A stretch of DNA of 53,276 nucleotides, taken from positions 4,782,504 to 4,835,779 of the forward strand of contig NC_057752.1 of assembly GCF_004010195.1 (NCBI RefSeq), written 5' to 3'. The stretch comes from Chiloscyllium plagiosum. Taxonomy: Eukaryota. The notes below the pieces were generated by a model. The model worked only from the letters and a program-made list of their open reading frames with translations. It was not told the origin of the DNA and did not search any database. The translations under genes and the position numbers were made by a program. Positions 37,157-52,210 of the stretch are shown here, piece by piece (position 1 is the first letter of the stretch; each line of letters starts with the position of its first letter).

Positions 37157-38695
37157 ATAGAACATAGAACGACGGTACAGTACAGTACAGGCTTTTTGGC
37201 CCTCGATGTCGCGCCGACCTGTGGAATTAATCTGATGCCCATCTAACCTACACCGTTCCATGATTATCCATATGTATGTCCAATGCCCATTTAAATGCCC
37301 TTAACGTCAATGAGTCTACTACTGTTGCAGGCAGGCCGTTCCATGCCCCTACTACTCTCTGAGTGAAGAAACTACCCCTGATATCTGTCCTAAATCTATC
37401 ACCCCTCAATTTAAAGCTATGTCCCCTCGTGTTAGCCTTCACCATCTGAGGAAAAAGGCTCTCACTGTCCACCCTATCTAATCCTCTGATTATCTTATAC
37501 ATCTCAATAAGTTACCTCTCAAAATCTTCTCGCCTCCGTTCCCTCAGCCTTTCCTTGTAAGACCTTCCCTCCATGCCGGGCAACATTCTAGTAAATCTCC
37601 TCTGAACCCTTTCCAATGTTTCCACATCCTTCCTATAATGCGGTGTCTGTCTTTTTTCAGCTAGCCAATTTCTGATCCAATTCGCTAAATCACCTTCAAT
37701 CCTGAAATTCCGTATTTGAGCAATAGCTTACTGTGTGGAACATTATCAAACACCTTACTGAAGTCCATATACACCACATCAACCAACTTACCTTCATCCA
37801 CCTGTTTTGTCACCTTCTCGAAGAACTCAATAAGATTAGTGAGGCACAACCTACCCTTCACAAAAACGTGTTGACTATCCCTAATCAAATTATTCCTTTC
37901 CAGATATTTATAAATCCTACTTCTTATAACCTTTTCCAACACCTTACCCACAACTGAAGTGAGGCTCACTGGTCTATAATTACCCAGGTTGTCCTGACTC
38001 CCCTTCTTAAACAAGGGAACAACATTTGCTACCTTCAGTCTTCTGGCACTTCTCCTGTTGATGATGATGACATAAAGATCGAAGCCAAAGGCTCTGCAAT
38101 CTCTTCCCTGGCTTCCCAGAGAATCTGAGGATAAATCCCATCTGGCCGAGGGGTCTTATCTATTTTCAGATCTTCCAAAATGGCTAAAACCTCCTCTTTG
38201 TCAACCTCAATCCCACCTAATCTAGTAGCCTGTATCTCCGTATTCTCACAAACATTGCCCTTTTCCAACGTGAATACTGACGAAAAGTGCTTCCCCAATG
38301 TCCTCAGATTCTACACACAACTTCCCACTGCTACCTTTGATTGGCCCTAATCTTAATCTTACTCTAGTCATTCTTTTATTCCTGATATACCTATAGAAGG
38401 TAAAAACAATGACTGCAGATGCTGGAAACCAGATTTTGGATTGGTGGTGCTAGAAGAGCACAGCAGTTCAAGCAGCATCCGAGGAGCAGCAAAATCGACG
38501 TTTCGGGCAAAAGCCCTTCATAGAAGGCTTGAGGGTTTTCCTTGATCCTATTCGCCAACAACTTCTCATTTCCCCTCCAGGCTCTTCTCAGCCCTCTCTT
38601 TTGTTCTTTTCTGGCTAACTAATAACTCTTAAGGCCCCTAATTGACCCTTCACGCCTCATCCTCACATAAGACTTCCTCTTCCTCTTGACAAGAG
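37157..38695 (-). mobile_element. CR1 LINE (5'-truncated, internally deleted) nested in the Penelope element
   Basis: NYRPVSLTSVVGKVLE...CLTNLIEFFE...VYMDFSKVFD; YKIIRGLDRVD...WNGLPATVV; (TTCTATG)n tail at 37157. Confidence 0.92.
38401..38519 (-). mobile_element. Penelope-derived mini-insertion inside the CR1
   Basis: TSD ATAGAAGG at 38393-38400 / 38520-38527; contains TGAAGGGCTTTTGCCCGAAACGTC on the minus strand. Confidence 0.82.
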
Positions 38696-40717
38696 CATAT
38701 GGCTTCAACATTGAATTCACCAGTTTCCAAATCTTTCCAAGTCAGATGCAACCCTCTGACTTGTCTCTGCCCTTTTGACCTGACCTATCTATCTATTTTC
38801 CTTCCCACCTCCTACCTTTTCCCACCTATTGCCATCCAAACCACCCTTCCTCCTCCCCAGATCTGATGAAGGGTTAGGCCCGAAACATCAAGTCTCTTGC
38901 TCCTCAGATGCTGCCTGACCTGCTGTGTTTTTTCCAGCACCACACGTTATTGGCTCTGACTTCTCTAGCATCTGCAGTCCTCACTATCTCCTAGTTCATG
39001 AGAAGCACTAGCATTGTGTCTGTGAAATACAGCAAACACAGCCCATTAATATTTTGTTGAAGGTGCCACTTAAGACAGTCCTCCATTACACATTCGCCTC
39101 ATCAGACAGCATCGTTTCCAGGGCGATAAAGGCACTTAACTTCAGTTGCTAAATCAGTCATTGTTTATATGCAAAGTCAAGAGGAATGATGCTGGAACTG
39201 CTCACTCAGTGATTGATTATCTCCATGTGCAAAAACCTGAGCTTCATAGTGTCAAGGCCTTAAATTAATAGCTTGCTACCAAATGTGGGTCCTTCACAAG
39301 GTTAGGTTACCCAAGAATACAAAAACAGCTGCTGCTCTATACAAACTGTGACTACAAAGTCAAGCACAAATAGTGTCATTTCTCCAGCAAACCTGTGGTT
39401 GCAAGTAATGTAATAGTCAGCAAAAGAACTGAGTCATTCAATTAATTTTCTATCGGAAATCATCAGTTTTCAGCATGGAGTTCCATACCCTGCTAAGCAC
39501 ACCCTTCCTTCAGTAATCACAGTGACTCCTTCGGCAGAGATTTAGGAAGAAAAGCCCTTGATTACAGGCTGAACACAGTTACAGCTCCTTCGCCCTTCTA
39601 ACCCCCTCATAAAAAGGATTGGCTGCTATTGTGCTCACATCATAATCAGTCACTGTGAGGAGATTATTTGGCTCAGTGTACATCAGCCAAGAAATGCATT
39701 CAGGATAATTAGCTGCACAGCAAACATTAACATTGCTCGTTAATTATTGAACAAGTCTGACTTGCTAAACTAAAAGAACTAACCCTCAAATAAAACTACA
39801 CGCTTGATCATGACGATTTATTTTGCATTGTCAGAGTGGAAGTGGTAATAAATAGTCAGATTCCTAATCAGCGGAATGAGATTCCATTCATTTTCATTTT
39901 GTCGTCCACCAGTCACCAACTATTGTTTATTCAAGAAAACAGTGCCTTTTCACTGACATCCAGTGCAGACAATCTCCATGCCCCGATTTGCATGCGTCAT
40001 TGGGATAGTAGAAGGTATTAGGGTTGATTCTGCTCTCATTTATATTCTTTCCAATAGGGGTCACAATAGCAATCAAGAGGAAGAACTACGATTGATTTTT
40101 CGGTCAGGCAGTTTAGGCCAATTGAGCACTTGAACTGCTGCCGTGGCTATGTATAGCTAACATGTTAAAGATCAGAAAGTAAATAAATTTGGCACCTTCA
40201 TCTGTATATTCCTACACAACAACAGTAGTCACACTTCAAAAATACTTAATTGGCTGAAAAATGTTTTGGGGTTTCCCAGGGTCATGAAGGGGAGGCGGGG
40301 AGGGGAAGGGTGCAGGTGCAGGAGCTGCCTGTTAAAAATGATTACCATTCAAAAATGACGATTCATTGTTTAATAGCCTTCGTCACTTTTGTATGCATTG
40401 TTCTGGTGCAGCCATGCACAAGGTCAGGTCTCATCTCCTTGATCACCGCTAGGGCCTTCTAAATTAATCAATTTATGCAGTCTTCAGTCAGATCTTTGTG
40501 AACAAAAGAAATCATAATCCAAACTGCCACTGTGCAGAATTATTCACGAAATCTTGCTGATTCATTGATCTAAGAAATGAAAATATAGGAGGCAATTTTA
40601 ACACAACTCAGTAATTGAAATCCGCAGGAGCAGTTGGAATCTTGGTTTCACACTTCATGCAGTATCTTCAAGTGGACGGTCAAATTGGACCAGTTATAAA
40701 ACCAGCATTTCAACTGA

Positions 40718-41960
40718 TGGCTTTGTGCGTGGGAAATCATGTCTCACAAACTTGATTGAATTTTTTGAAGAAGTAACAAAGAGGATTGATGAGGGCAGAG
40801 CGGGAGACATGATCTATATGAACCAGTGTAAGGCATCAACAAGGTTCCCCATGGGAGACTGGTTACCAAGGTTAGATCTCATGGAATACAGGGAGAACTA
40901 GCCATTTGAATACAGAACTGGCTCAAAGGTAGAAGACAGGGTGTTGGTGGAGGGTTGTTTTTCAGACTGGAGGCCTGTGACCAGTGGAGTGCCACAAGGA
41001 TCGGTGCTGGGTCCACTACTTTTCATCATTTATATAAATGACTTGGATGTGAACAGAGGAGGTATAGTTAGTAAGTTTGTAGATTACATCAAAATTGGAG
41101 GTGTAGTGGACAGCGAAGAAGGTTACCTCAGATTACAACAGGATCTTGACCAGATGGGCCAATGGGCTGAGAAGATGCAGATGGAGTTTAATTTGGATAA
41201 ATATGAGGTGTTGCATTTTGAGAAGGCAAACCAGGGTAGGACTTAAATAGTTAATGTTAAGGCCTTGGGGAGTTGCTGAACAAAGAGACCTAGGGGTACA
41301 TGTTCATAGTTCCTTGAAAGTGGAGTCGCAGGTAGACAGGTTGGGGAAGGAGGTGTTTGGCCTTCATTGGTTAGTGCATTGAATACAGGGGTTGGTAGGT
41401 TATGTTGCAGCTGTACAGGACATTGGTTAGGCCACTGTTGGAATATTGCATGCAATCCTGGTCTCCCTGCCACAGGAAAGATGTTGTGAAACTTGAAAGG
41501 GTTCAGAAAAGATTTACAAGGACATTGCCAGGGTTGGAGGATTTGAGCTATCGGGAGAGGTTAAATAGGCTGGAGCTGTTTTCCCTGGACCATCAGAGGC
41601 CAAGGGGTGACCTTGTAGAGGTTTATAAAATCATGAGTGGCACGGATAGGGTAAATAGACAAAGTCTTTTCCCTGCGGTGGAGAAGTCCTGAACTAGGAG
41701 GCATAGGTTTAGGGTGAGATTTAAATGAGACCTAAGGGGCAACCTTTTCACGCAAAGGGTGGTACGTGTATGGAGGCTGGTACAATTGCAACATTTAAAA
41801 GGTGTCTGGTTGGGTTTATGAATAGAAAGGGTTTAGAGGGATCTGGGTTAAATGCTGGCAAATGGGACTAGATTAGTTTAGGATATCTGGTCAGCATGGA
41901 GGAGTTGGATCGAAGGATCTATTTCCATGCTGTACATCTCTATGACTGTATGATTCTATG
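40718..41960 (+). mobile_element. CR1 LINE RT + 3' UTR
   Basis: VTSGVPQGSVLGPLLFIIYINDLD; LYRTLVRPLLEYC; tail ctctatgactgtatgattctatga. Confidence 0.93.
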
Positions 41961-42191
41961 ATCCAGTCAGTTTCCCAATGAGCATGTCAGCTTAAAATTA
42001 CTCCTATTATCCCAATTCTCTTCAGAAATTGAAGTTGAAGGGAGGTGTACGGGAAACTGCATCTGATTAAACCAAGTCTTGAGAGGGTATTACTCTTAAT
42101 AACTCACTATTTTTTTTCTAAACTTGAATTGTTATTGAAATGTATATTTTGATCACTCTGATAAAGTGCTTGGCTAAGGCTTCCTTGGCAC

Positions 42192-42822
42192 TGTGATGAC
42201 ACTATGGCTTTAAGAGATGCATTTTGTCCCTTTTTTTAATGAAGAAAGGTTGAGACAGAGGTAGCGAGCAGTCTGCTCAATGCCAATACAGAAAACAGCT
42301 TGTGAGGTCTTGGAGGCTTTTATTAACTTGGAACAATGGAAGCAGCTTGAATGGGTGGGGTCAAGCTCCCACAGAACCACAATTTTTAGTTTTCTGTAGA
42401 TGCTAGAGTCTTGAAGCTGAATGTGGAAGCTCTTATTCCTCTCTCCGTTACAGTTAAAGGCTGGAGTTCTCTTTCTGCTGCGAGAAATGCATGTGGGTGA
42501 ATCTGTTTTACTGAACTTGCCTTTGCCAACGGCGTGTTTCTGGGATGCTACTATATTCATACCGTCAATTATTAGTCGTGGCTAATATATCTAGTATTTC
42601 ACTAAGCATTTTGATAGAGTTACAGTGAAGCCAATTCTTTATTTTGTCTGTATCTTAACTGTAGAGTAAAAATAAAGTGTGTTTTCCTTAATGTCAAGTA
42701 GTTTGACCAATCAAAGTGCACGTGGAACGCAACATCTTACACTTTCCCTAAAATAAGCAAACTTTAAAGTCCAGACTATCTTCTGAATATAATTTGAGGG
42801 GGGTTTGGTCTGGTCCATAATA
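42192..42822 (+). mobile_element. Solo LTR (Gypsy-like), 631 bp with 4-bp TSD
   Basis: Starts TGTGATG and ends CATAATA (decayed ...CA); flanked by GCAC at 42188-42191 and 42823-42826; AATAAA at ~42671. Confidence 0.72.
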
Positions 42823-43264
42823 GCACTAATGGCAATTTTGGAACTTTCTCCCTGTACACCTGGCTTATAGATCCTTGTGTGTCACCCACCTCAAGTAGCT
42901 AATTCCAATGAGCCATTAAGTGGCAGCAAGTTGTTTGACTTAGAGACCAGAGACTGCTGGCTGCTCCTTCAAATCAAGATCCTGAATTCAGTCTCTTCTT
43001 TGGACAATGCAGTAATTTCTTCCTGTCAAGATCTGATATATCTTAGATGGGCCAAAGTACACTTTAAAGGAGATTGCTAGGAATAAGCATATTTGTGGAT
43101 GGAAAGGCCCATATTTGGTTTGCTTCCAATTGAAAATTTCCATATGTTTAAGAATGGGATAAATCAATAATCTCCCGGACATTTTGAGATAGCGGCTGTT
43201 TCTGCCTTGTCTCTATGCAGAGTTTTATCTTTTCTGAACTTGCATTTCTAATATAACTGCATGG

Positions 43265-44220
43265 TAAAATAGGACTGAGTCAGCATGGCTTCATTGAGAG
43301 GAGGTCATTCTCTGAAGAAATAAAGAGCAAGTTCAACATAAAATAACAGCCCACAGTGTTAGGGGTAAGGTACTGGCATGGATAGAGGACTGACAGACTG
43401 GTAGAAGGCAGACAGTAGGGTTAAAGGGGTCTTTTTCAGGATTGCAGCTAGTGATTAGTGCAGTTCCGCAGGGATCCATATGGGACCACAACTATTCACG
43501 TTCTATATTAACAATCTGGACAAAGGAACTGAGGGCATCGTTACTAAGTTTGTAGCTGACACAAAGATAGGTGGAGAGACAGGAAGTGTTGAGTAAGAGG
43601 GGAGGCTATGGAAGGCCTTGGACAGGCTAGAAGAATGGGCAAAGAAGTGGGAAGATGGAATACAATGTGGGAAAGTGTGAGGTTATGCACTTGGGTAGAA
43701 AGAAGAGGTTTAAAATATTTTCTGAAAAGTGCAAGGCTTTGGAAATCTGAAGCACAAAGGGACTTGGGAGTCCTAGCTCAGGATTCTCTTAAAATTAACA
43801 TGCAAGTTCAGTTGGCAGTTTGGAAGGCAAATGCAATGTTAGCATTCATTTTCAAGAGGGCTAGAATACAAAAGCAGAGCTGCACTGCTGAGGCTATTTA
43901 AGGTTCTGGTCAGACTTCATTTGGAATACTGTGGGCAGTTGAGAGGCCTGGATAGAGTGAAAGTGGATAAGATGTTTGTACTAGTAGGAGACTAGGACCC
44001 GAGGGCACAGCTTCAGAGTGGTTAATCTGTGGAACTCATTGCCATAGATGGCTGTGGAGACCAAGTCATTGAGTGCATTTGAGACAGATAGGTTCTTGAT
44101 GGGTATGGGGATCAAGGTTTTTAAGAAGGCAGGAGAATGGGGTTGAGAAACAGATCAGCCATAATTGAATGGTGGAGCAGACTCGATGGGCTGAAGGGCC
44201 TAATTCTGCTCCTACATCTT
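43265..44220 (+). mobile_element. Decayed CR1 LINE RT/3' fragment
   Basis: gttccgcagggatcc (VPQGS), aagtttgtagctgacacaaagatagg, aatctgtggaactcattgcca, CR1 tail. Confidence 0.85.
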
Positions 44221-45299
44221 ATATCTAAGTACCATCATCTCCTTTGCATCACAGTTTTTGTCAAGAGATGTTTGACCTCTGGGTCAGATTTCCAGATTCT
44301 GCAGGCTTGCTCTTCTGTCAGTTTGAGAAGAGCTTGCATTATCTCACAGCTGCTGCTATCATTTTTGTGATTTGCAGCTTATATTTGTCAGTTCGGTTGC
44401 ATAGTCACAAAAGTGATCACCAGCGGTTGTGTCTCTCTCCAGAAGTCCATGTCTCACCCAACCTGCACCATCAGTGAGGAACAAGGGATAATCAATGCAA
44501 TATAAATAGACCTTGGTGCAGATCATCCAAGGTTCTGCCAAAGAATACAAAACTTCCTTACTAAAACCATCACAAAGGTGAGTGTACTCACAGAGATAGG
44601 CTTCTCTTGTAGGGGGAGAATAGAGTGGAGCAGCCAAGGTAAAACTTTGACCTCTTTGTAAACTTGTGATATACCATTAAAATAAATGGGTAGAAAAACC
44701 ATGATTGGTGAGCGTAGAAGCAGAAAGCCCTAGCCCATGTTTCATCTAACCCAAAAATGTGTAATGCAGAAAATCCCCTGCTGACATCATAAATGCTGCC
44801 CTTCAAAACAGTTCATTATACATGAAGTGCTCTGGACATTTCTGGAATACATTAAGGCATGTTGCAAAAGATCATGGTCCTGAACTTCCTCAGGGAAGGT
44901 GCACACAGTTCCTGTGTAAAATGCAAACGAGAACAGTGGAGGGAATGAGAAATTGGGTGGATCCAAAAATGTTAAGTCTTTTCCTGAAAACTGGCACAAG
45001 AGACTTCCTGCTGCAACAACAGACATTCTGCTCTCACCATAATGATCTAAGAAAAGGCAGGAGTCATGACAGGCAGAGTGATTTCACCTGCCAGATTTAT
45101 TACAACTCCTGCCACTTACATCATGTGCCAGTGACAGGAAAGCTAGAGAATATTTAGACCAGAACTCAGAAGTGATGGAACTGCGTCTCTCAAAGGAAGC
45201 CCACAATCAATTATTGCTCCTATTTCCTTTGGCTATCTCAATTGCTTATTAGTATTTTGGGATCATGTTCCACAATTCAGCTTGTCTCTGAAAACAAGC

Positions 45300-47370
45300 C
45301 TCTTTTGCAGCAGAGAGTGGTGGGGCCTGGGCGGAAGTGAGGTCGGACCACAGAGGCTGTTGGGAAGGTTAGTGAGTGCTATTTAAGTAGTTACTTCGAA
45401 GCCAGTGGTCTTTTTTGCAGCAGAGAGCAGCGGGAGCTGGGTTGAAGTGAGGTCAGTGCGCAGAGGCTGTTGGGAAGGTTAGTGAGTGCTATTTAAGTAG
45501 GTCTGGTCTGAGCCCCTTAAGAGTCCACAGACTCACAGCAAATAAAAAGGGGGTCGAGGGAAGTGTCTGGTGAGAAAAGTGAGAGTCTTTGGCTTATGCC
45601 ACAGACTCATGAAATTACACTACAGTTTGAAGAGGGTGAAGACATGACTGCCAACCTGATTCAGTGTACTGTGTGCATGATGTGGGAGGTCAGGGACACT
45701 GATGATGTCTCTGGCTCTCATAGCTGTGGAAAGTATGTACACATTCAGCTTCTGCAGGAGCATGTTGCAGCTGAAGAAAGAACTAGATGACCTCAGGCTC
45801 ATCCAAGAGAATGAGAATTTTCTGGACAGAACCTTCAGCGAGGTCATTACACCGAGCATATCAGGAGAGAGAAGGGAGATGACAATGAGGAAGGATGAGA
45901 TGATTCAAGTAAAAGAGATCCCAGGGGAAGTACCTCGCGTGAATAGGTTGACTCTCTTCTCACTGCCAGTCTGAGAGGCGGACAGGTCTGCCAACTGAAA
46001 ATAGGTGCGAAGGCAGAGCCGAGGAGTCAGACATCATGCAAAGCCGTGGTAATAGGGGACTTCATAGTGAGAGGGACTGAAAGGGGTTTCTGCAGCAACA
46101 GGCGGGAGCAACAGGCGGGATTTGAGGATGGTGTGTTGCCTTCCTGGTACCAGGATCCAGGACATCAACAGAGTGCAGGGAATCCTCAAGGGTGAAGGTG
46201 AAGAGCCAGAGGTGGTGGTTCATGTCGGCACAAATTACATTCAATCCCTTGCGAGGGGGGACATAGAATCAGGAGATATAGAGTCAGTATGGATAGAGCT
46301 GAGAAATTCTAAGGGTAGAAAGACCCTAATGAGAGTTATCTACAGGCCCCCAAACAGTAGTCTGGATGTAGGGTGTAAGTTTAAAAAGGAGTTGAAATTG
46401 GCCTGTTGCAAAGGTATTACTACAGTTATGGTGGATTTCAACATGCAGGTAGACTGGGAGAATCAGGATGGTACTGGACTCCAAGAGAGTTTGTGGAATG
46501 CCTCGGAGATGGATCCTTAGAACAGCTTGTACTGGAGCCTACCTGGGAGAAGGCAATTCTGGATCTGGTGTTGCGCAACAAACCGGATTTGATCAGGGAC
46601 CTCAAAGTAAAGGAACCATTAGGAGGTAGTGACCATTATATGATCAGTTTTAATCTGCAATTTGAGAGGGAGAATTGTAAGTGTCAGTATTGCAGTTGAA
46701 CAAATGGAACTATAGAGCTATGAGGGAGAAGCTGGCCAAAGTTCAATACCCTAGCAGGGATGGCAGTGGAACAACAATGGCAGGTATTTCTGGATATAAT
46801 GCATAAGGTGCAGGATCAGTTCATTCCAAAGAGGAAGATCGATCCTGATGGAAGGCAGGGGCAGCCGTGGCTGATGTTAAGGACTGTATAAAGATTAAAA
46901 AGTATAACATAGAAAAGATGAGCTGGAAGCCGAAGGACTGGGAAACTTTTAGAGCAACAGAGGATAACTAAAAAGGCAATACGCGGAGAACAAATGGAGG
47001 TGTAAAGGCAAATTGGCCAAAAAGATGAAGGATAGTAAAAGCTTTTTTAGGCATGGGAAAAGACAGACTAAAATTGGGCCCTTGAAGACAGAAACGGGTG
47101 AATTTATTATGGGGAACAAGGAAATGGCAGAAGAATTGAATAGATACTTTGGATCTATCTTCACTGGGGAAGATAGAAGCAATCTCCCAGCTGTAATAGT
47201 GGCTGAAGGACCTAGGGTAATGGATGAACAGAAGGGAATTTATATTAGGCAGGAAATTTTGTTGGACAGACTGTTAGGTGTGAAGGTTGATAAATCCCCA
47301 GGACTTGATGGTCTGCATCCCAGGATACAGGAGGTGGCTGTAGAAATTGTGAACGCATTGGTAATCATTT
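45300..47370 (+). mobile_element. CR1 LINE 5' half: duplicated 5' UTR unit, ORF1 (Zn-finger/coiled-coil, SGNH esterase) and ORF2 endonuclease; 3'-truncated
   Basis: IQCTVCMMWEV..CGK..LQ; LKKELDDLRLIQENE; VVIGD.IVRG; CCLPGTRIQD; VVHVGTN; IYRPPNSS; ILDLVL; GGSDH; KSPGLDGLHPR. Confidence 0.88.
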
Positions 47371-47631
47371 TGGTACGCATTGGTAACCAAAGTGCATGGT
47401 TACAAAGTTCAATCAGGTCATAAGTGGAAATGAGATTGCAAGGAAACAAGCAGCTATCTGCCACCAACAAGCCTGGAACTGTCAAGTACCTCAGCAAATT
47501 CAGTTAGCAAGAAATACTGAAACAAGACTGATCTTACTGGGCTAGGTGCTTTATCTCAAATTAACCCCTATATATTGTCCCTACTCACATTACAAGTGTC
47601 TGGATGTTCAAGGTTTTAAAAAAAAAAATAT

Positions 47632-47902
47632 AAAAACCACACCAGGTATAGTCCAACAGGTTTATTTGAAAGCACGAGCTTTCAGAATGCTGCACCTTCA
47701 AGTAGCTATGGAACAATATATAGGCAAGAATTATTTTTTTTCTATAAAGCTAGATGTTGTACCTTAGTGATCTTTTCCACAGCTAGCTGCTTTAAAAAAA
47801 GTGCTCAAAAAAAACACTAAATAAACCTGTTGGTCTATAACCTGGTTGTGATTTTTTTTTAAAGCTTTGCCCACCTGAATCCAATACCAGCTCTTCCACA
47901 TT
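47632..47902. mobile_element. Second Penelope-derived family: inverted termini (47632-47705 / 47815-47902); further fragment at ~48238-48292
   Basis: ccaggtatagtccaacaggtttattt is inverted relative to aaataaacctgttggtctataacctgg; degenerate GAAAGCT hammerhead half. Confidence 0.65.
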
Positions 47903-48524
47903 TGGTACACATGGAAACATGACTGCAATAGGTATCATTTACCTACCATCTCACCCTTCTGAAACTGAGCAATATTGGAAAGGTGAGGTACTTCCAAAGT
48001 TAAGGCACTGGGGATTCTGGGTGATGTAGTAGCAATTGCCCCAACCTCTGGGTTTGAGTCCCACTCATGACAAACTTGATTAAATAAAAAGCACCAACTC
48101 ATGGTAGACATTAAACTGCTTTAAAAGAAAAGTGATCAAGCTGTTACAACCTTGCTGTTGTATGACACCCCTTCCCAACTGTGTTTTTTTTAAAAAAGCC
48201 TGGATCTTTTATTCAAATACTTGGGCAAGGAGTTTAAAAAAAATCACAACACTAGGTTATAGTCCAACAGGTTTAACTGGATGCACACTAGTATGGGCAA
48301 TGAGGTGATGCTAAGATACCAGTCAATTAATTATGAAGAAACCCTTTCAACACCACCTTTGTCACAAGGGTCAACAAACAAAACAGTTTGAAGGCACAAG
48401 ACATTTTAACCTTAAAACCTTTTACATCTACCTCAGTAGTAGATGCAGTATTTGCTATTGAGCAAATTATCCTGCAAATGAAACCATGTTTTACATCTTC
48501 ACCAGCTCCCTACAGGAGTTCAGG

Positions 48525-48760
48525 TTAGATTCCCTAGTGTGTAAACGGCCTTTCAGCCCAACAAGGCCGAGCCAACCCTCTGAAGAGTAACCCATTGCAC
48601 CCCCCACCATGGACAATTTTAGCTAGCCAATTCACCTGAGCACTCAGGAAACTGACAGACATGGGTAGAATGTGCAAACTCCACACAGAGCTGCCAGAGG
48701 CTGGAATTGAACCAAAATCCTGATGCTGCGAGGAATCAGTGCTAACCACTAAGCCACCCA
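48525..48760 (-). mobile_element. Decayed HE1-type V-SINE just downstream of the tubulin 3' end
   Basis: agaatgtgcaaactccacacag...gtgctaaccactaagccacc. Confidence 0.8.
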
Positions 48761-48908
48761 ATATAAGTGTAGCTACACAGTGTAAGGATAGGTAGTAAAG
48801 CCTGCTTTCAGCTAGTTAAGATATATTGCACTACATCTGTTTCAGATGAACCCCACCACTGTCAGGAGACATTGAGACAGTCACATACAGTAATCACTTC
48901 AGGAAAGT

Positions 48909-48914
48909 TTTATT
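48909..48914 (-). terminator. Polyadenylation signal AATAAA of the alpha-tubulin gene
   Basis: tttatt on the plus strand, ~80 nt downstream of the stop codon. Confidence 0.75.
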
Positions 48915-48994
48915 AACAGGTTTCACAGGAGAAAAGTAAGGCACAGAATCAGAATACAAATAAAAGCAGAACAAGACAACATTTAAGTCTGAAC

Positions 48995-51948
<2,954 letters not shown>

Positions 51949-52059
51949 TTTTTTAAAGTTTTGCTGTCTCAAACTTTTCTCTAGGTGAGAAAAACGATCT
52001 CGACTCGTCAACGCTTAAGCTCTTACAAGCTGACAACAAGGAGTCGCTGTAAGAGATCT

Positions 52060-52210
52060 CTAGCACCTCTCTGCGGGCGCGGCTGCTTTAATAGCCGCGC
52101 TGGCGTCATAATGGGGCGGGCCGCGTCGGTGACGCGTGACATCTGCGCTGTGGGGGTGGGGTGACTGCTTGGCTGGCGGCAGGCCGAGAGGCGTGATTGG
52201 TCCATTGCAC
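52060..52210 (-). promoter_or_regulatory. Alpha-tubulin core promoter in a CpG-rich region
   Basis: Minus strand TATTAAA at 52093-52087, CRE-like TGACGCCA ~52101-52108, GC box GGGGCGGG ~52113-52120 (plus strand), CCAAT at 52200-52196. CpG density is high from ~51150 to 52300 compared with the rest of the window. Confidence 0.75.

Larger units (their letters stand above)
36103..38993 (+). mobile_element. Penelope-like retroelement (36103-37156 + 38696-38993), split by a CR1 insertion
   Basis: RT (ctccccttcctggacctct = LPFLDL; YFKPTDSHSYLDY) and GIY-YIG (NLIYYIHYSRCGLLYIEDT). The frame ...LQP resumes as YGFNIEFTSF at ~38697. Terminal hammerhead CTGATGAAGGGTTAGGCCCGAAAC at 38863. Confidence 0.88.

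Noticed and set aside
44766..45157. ~130-codon open frame with faint resemblance to integrase or helicase fragments
   Set aside because: No complete catalytic motif is recognisable; it needs an HMM search and cannot be supported by eye.
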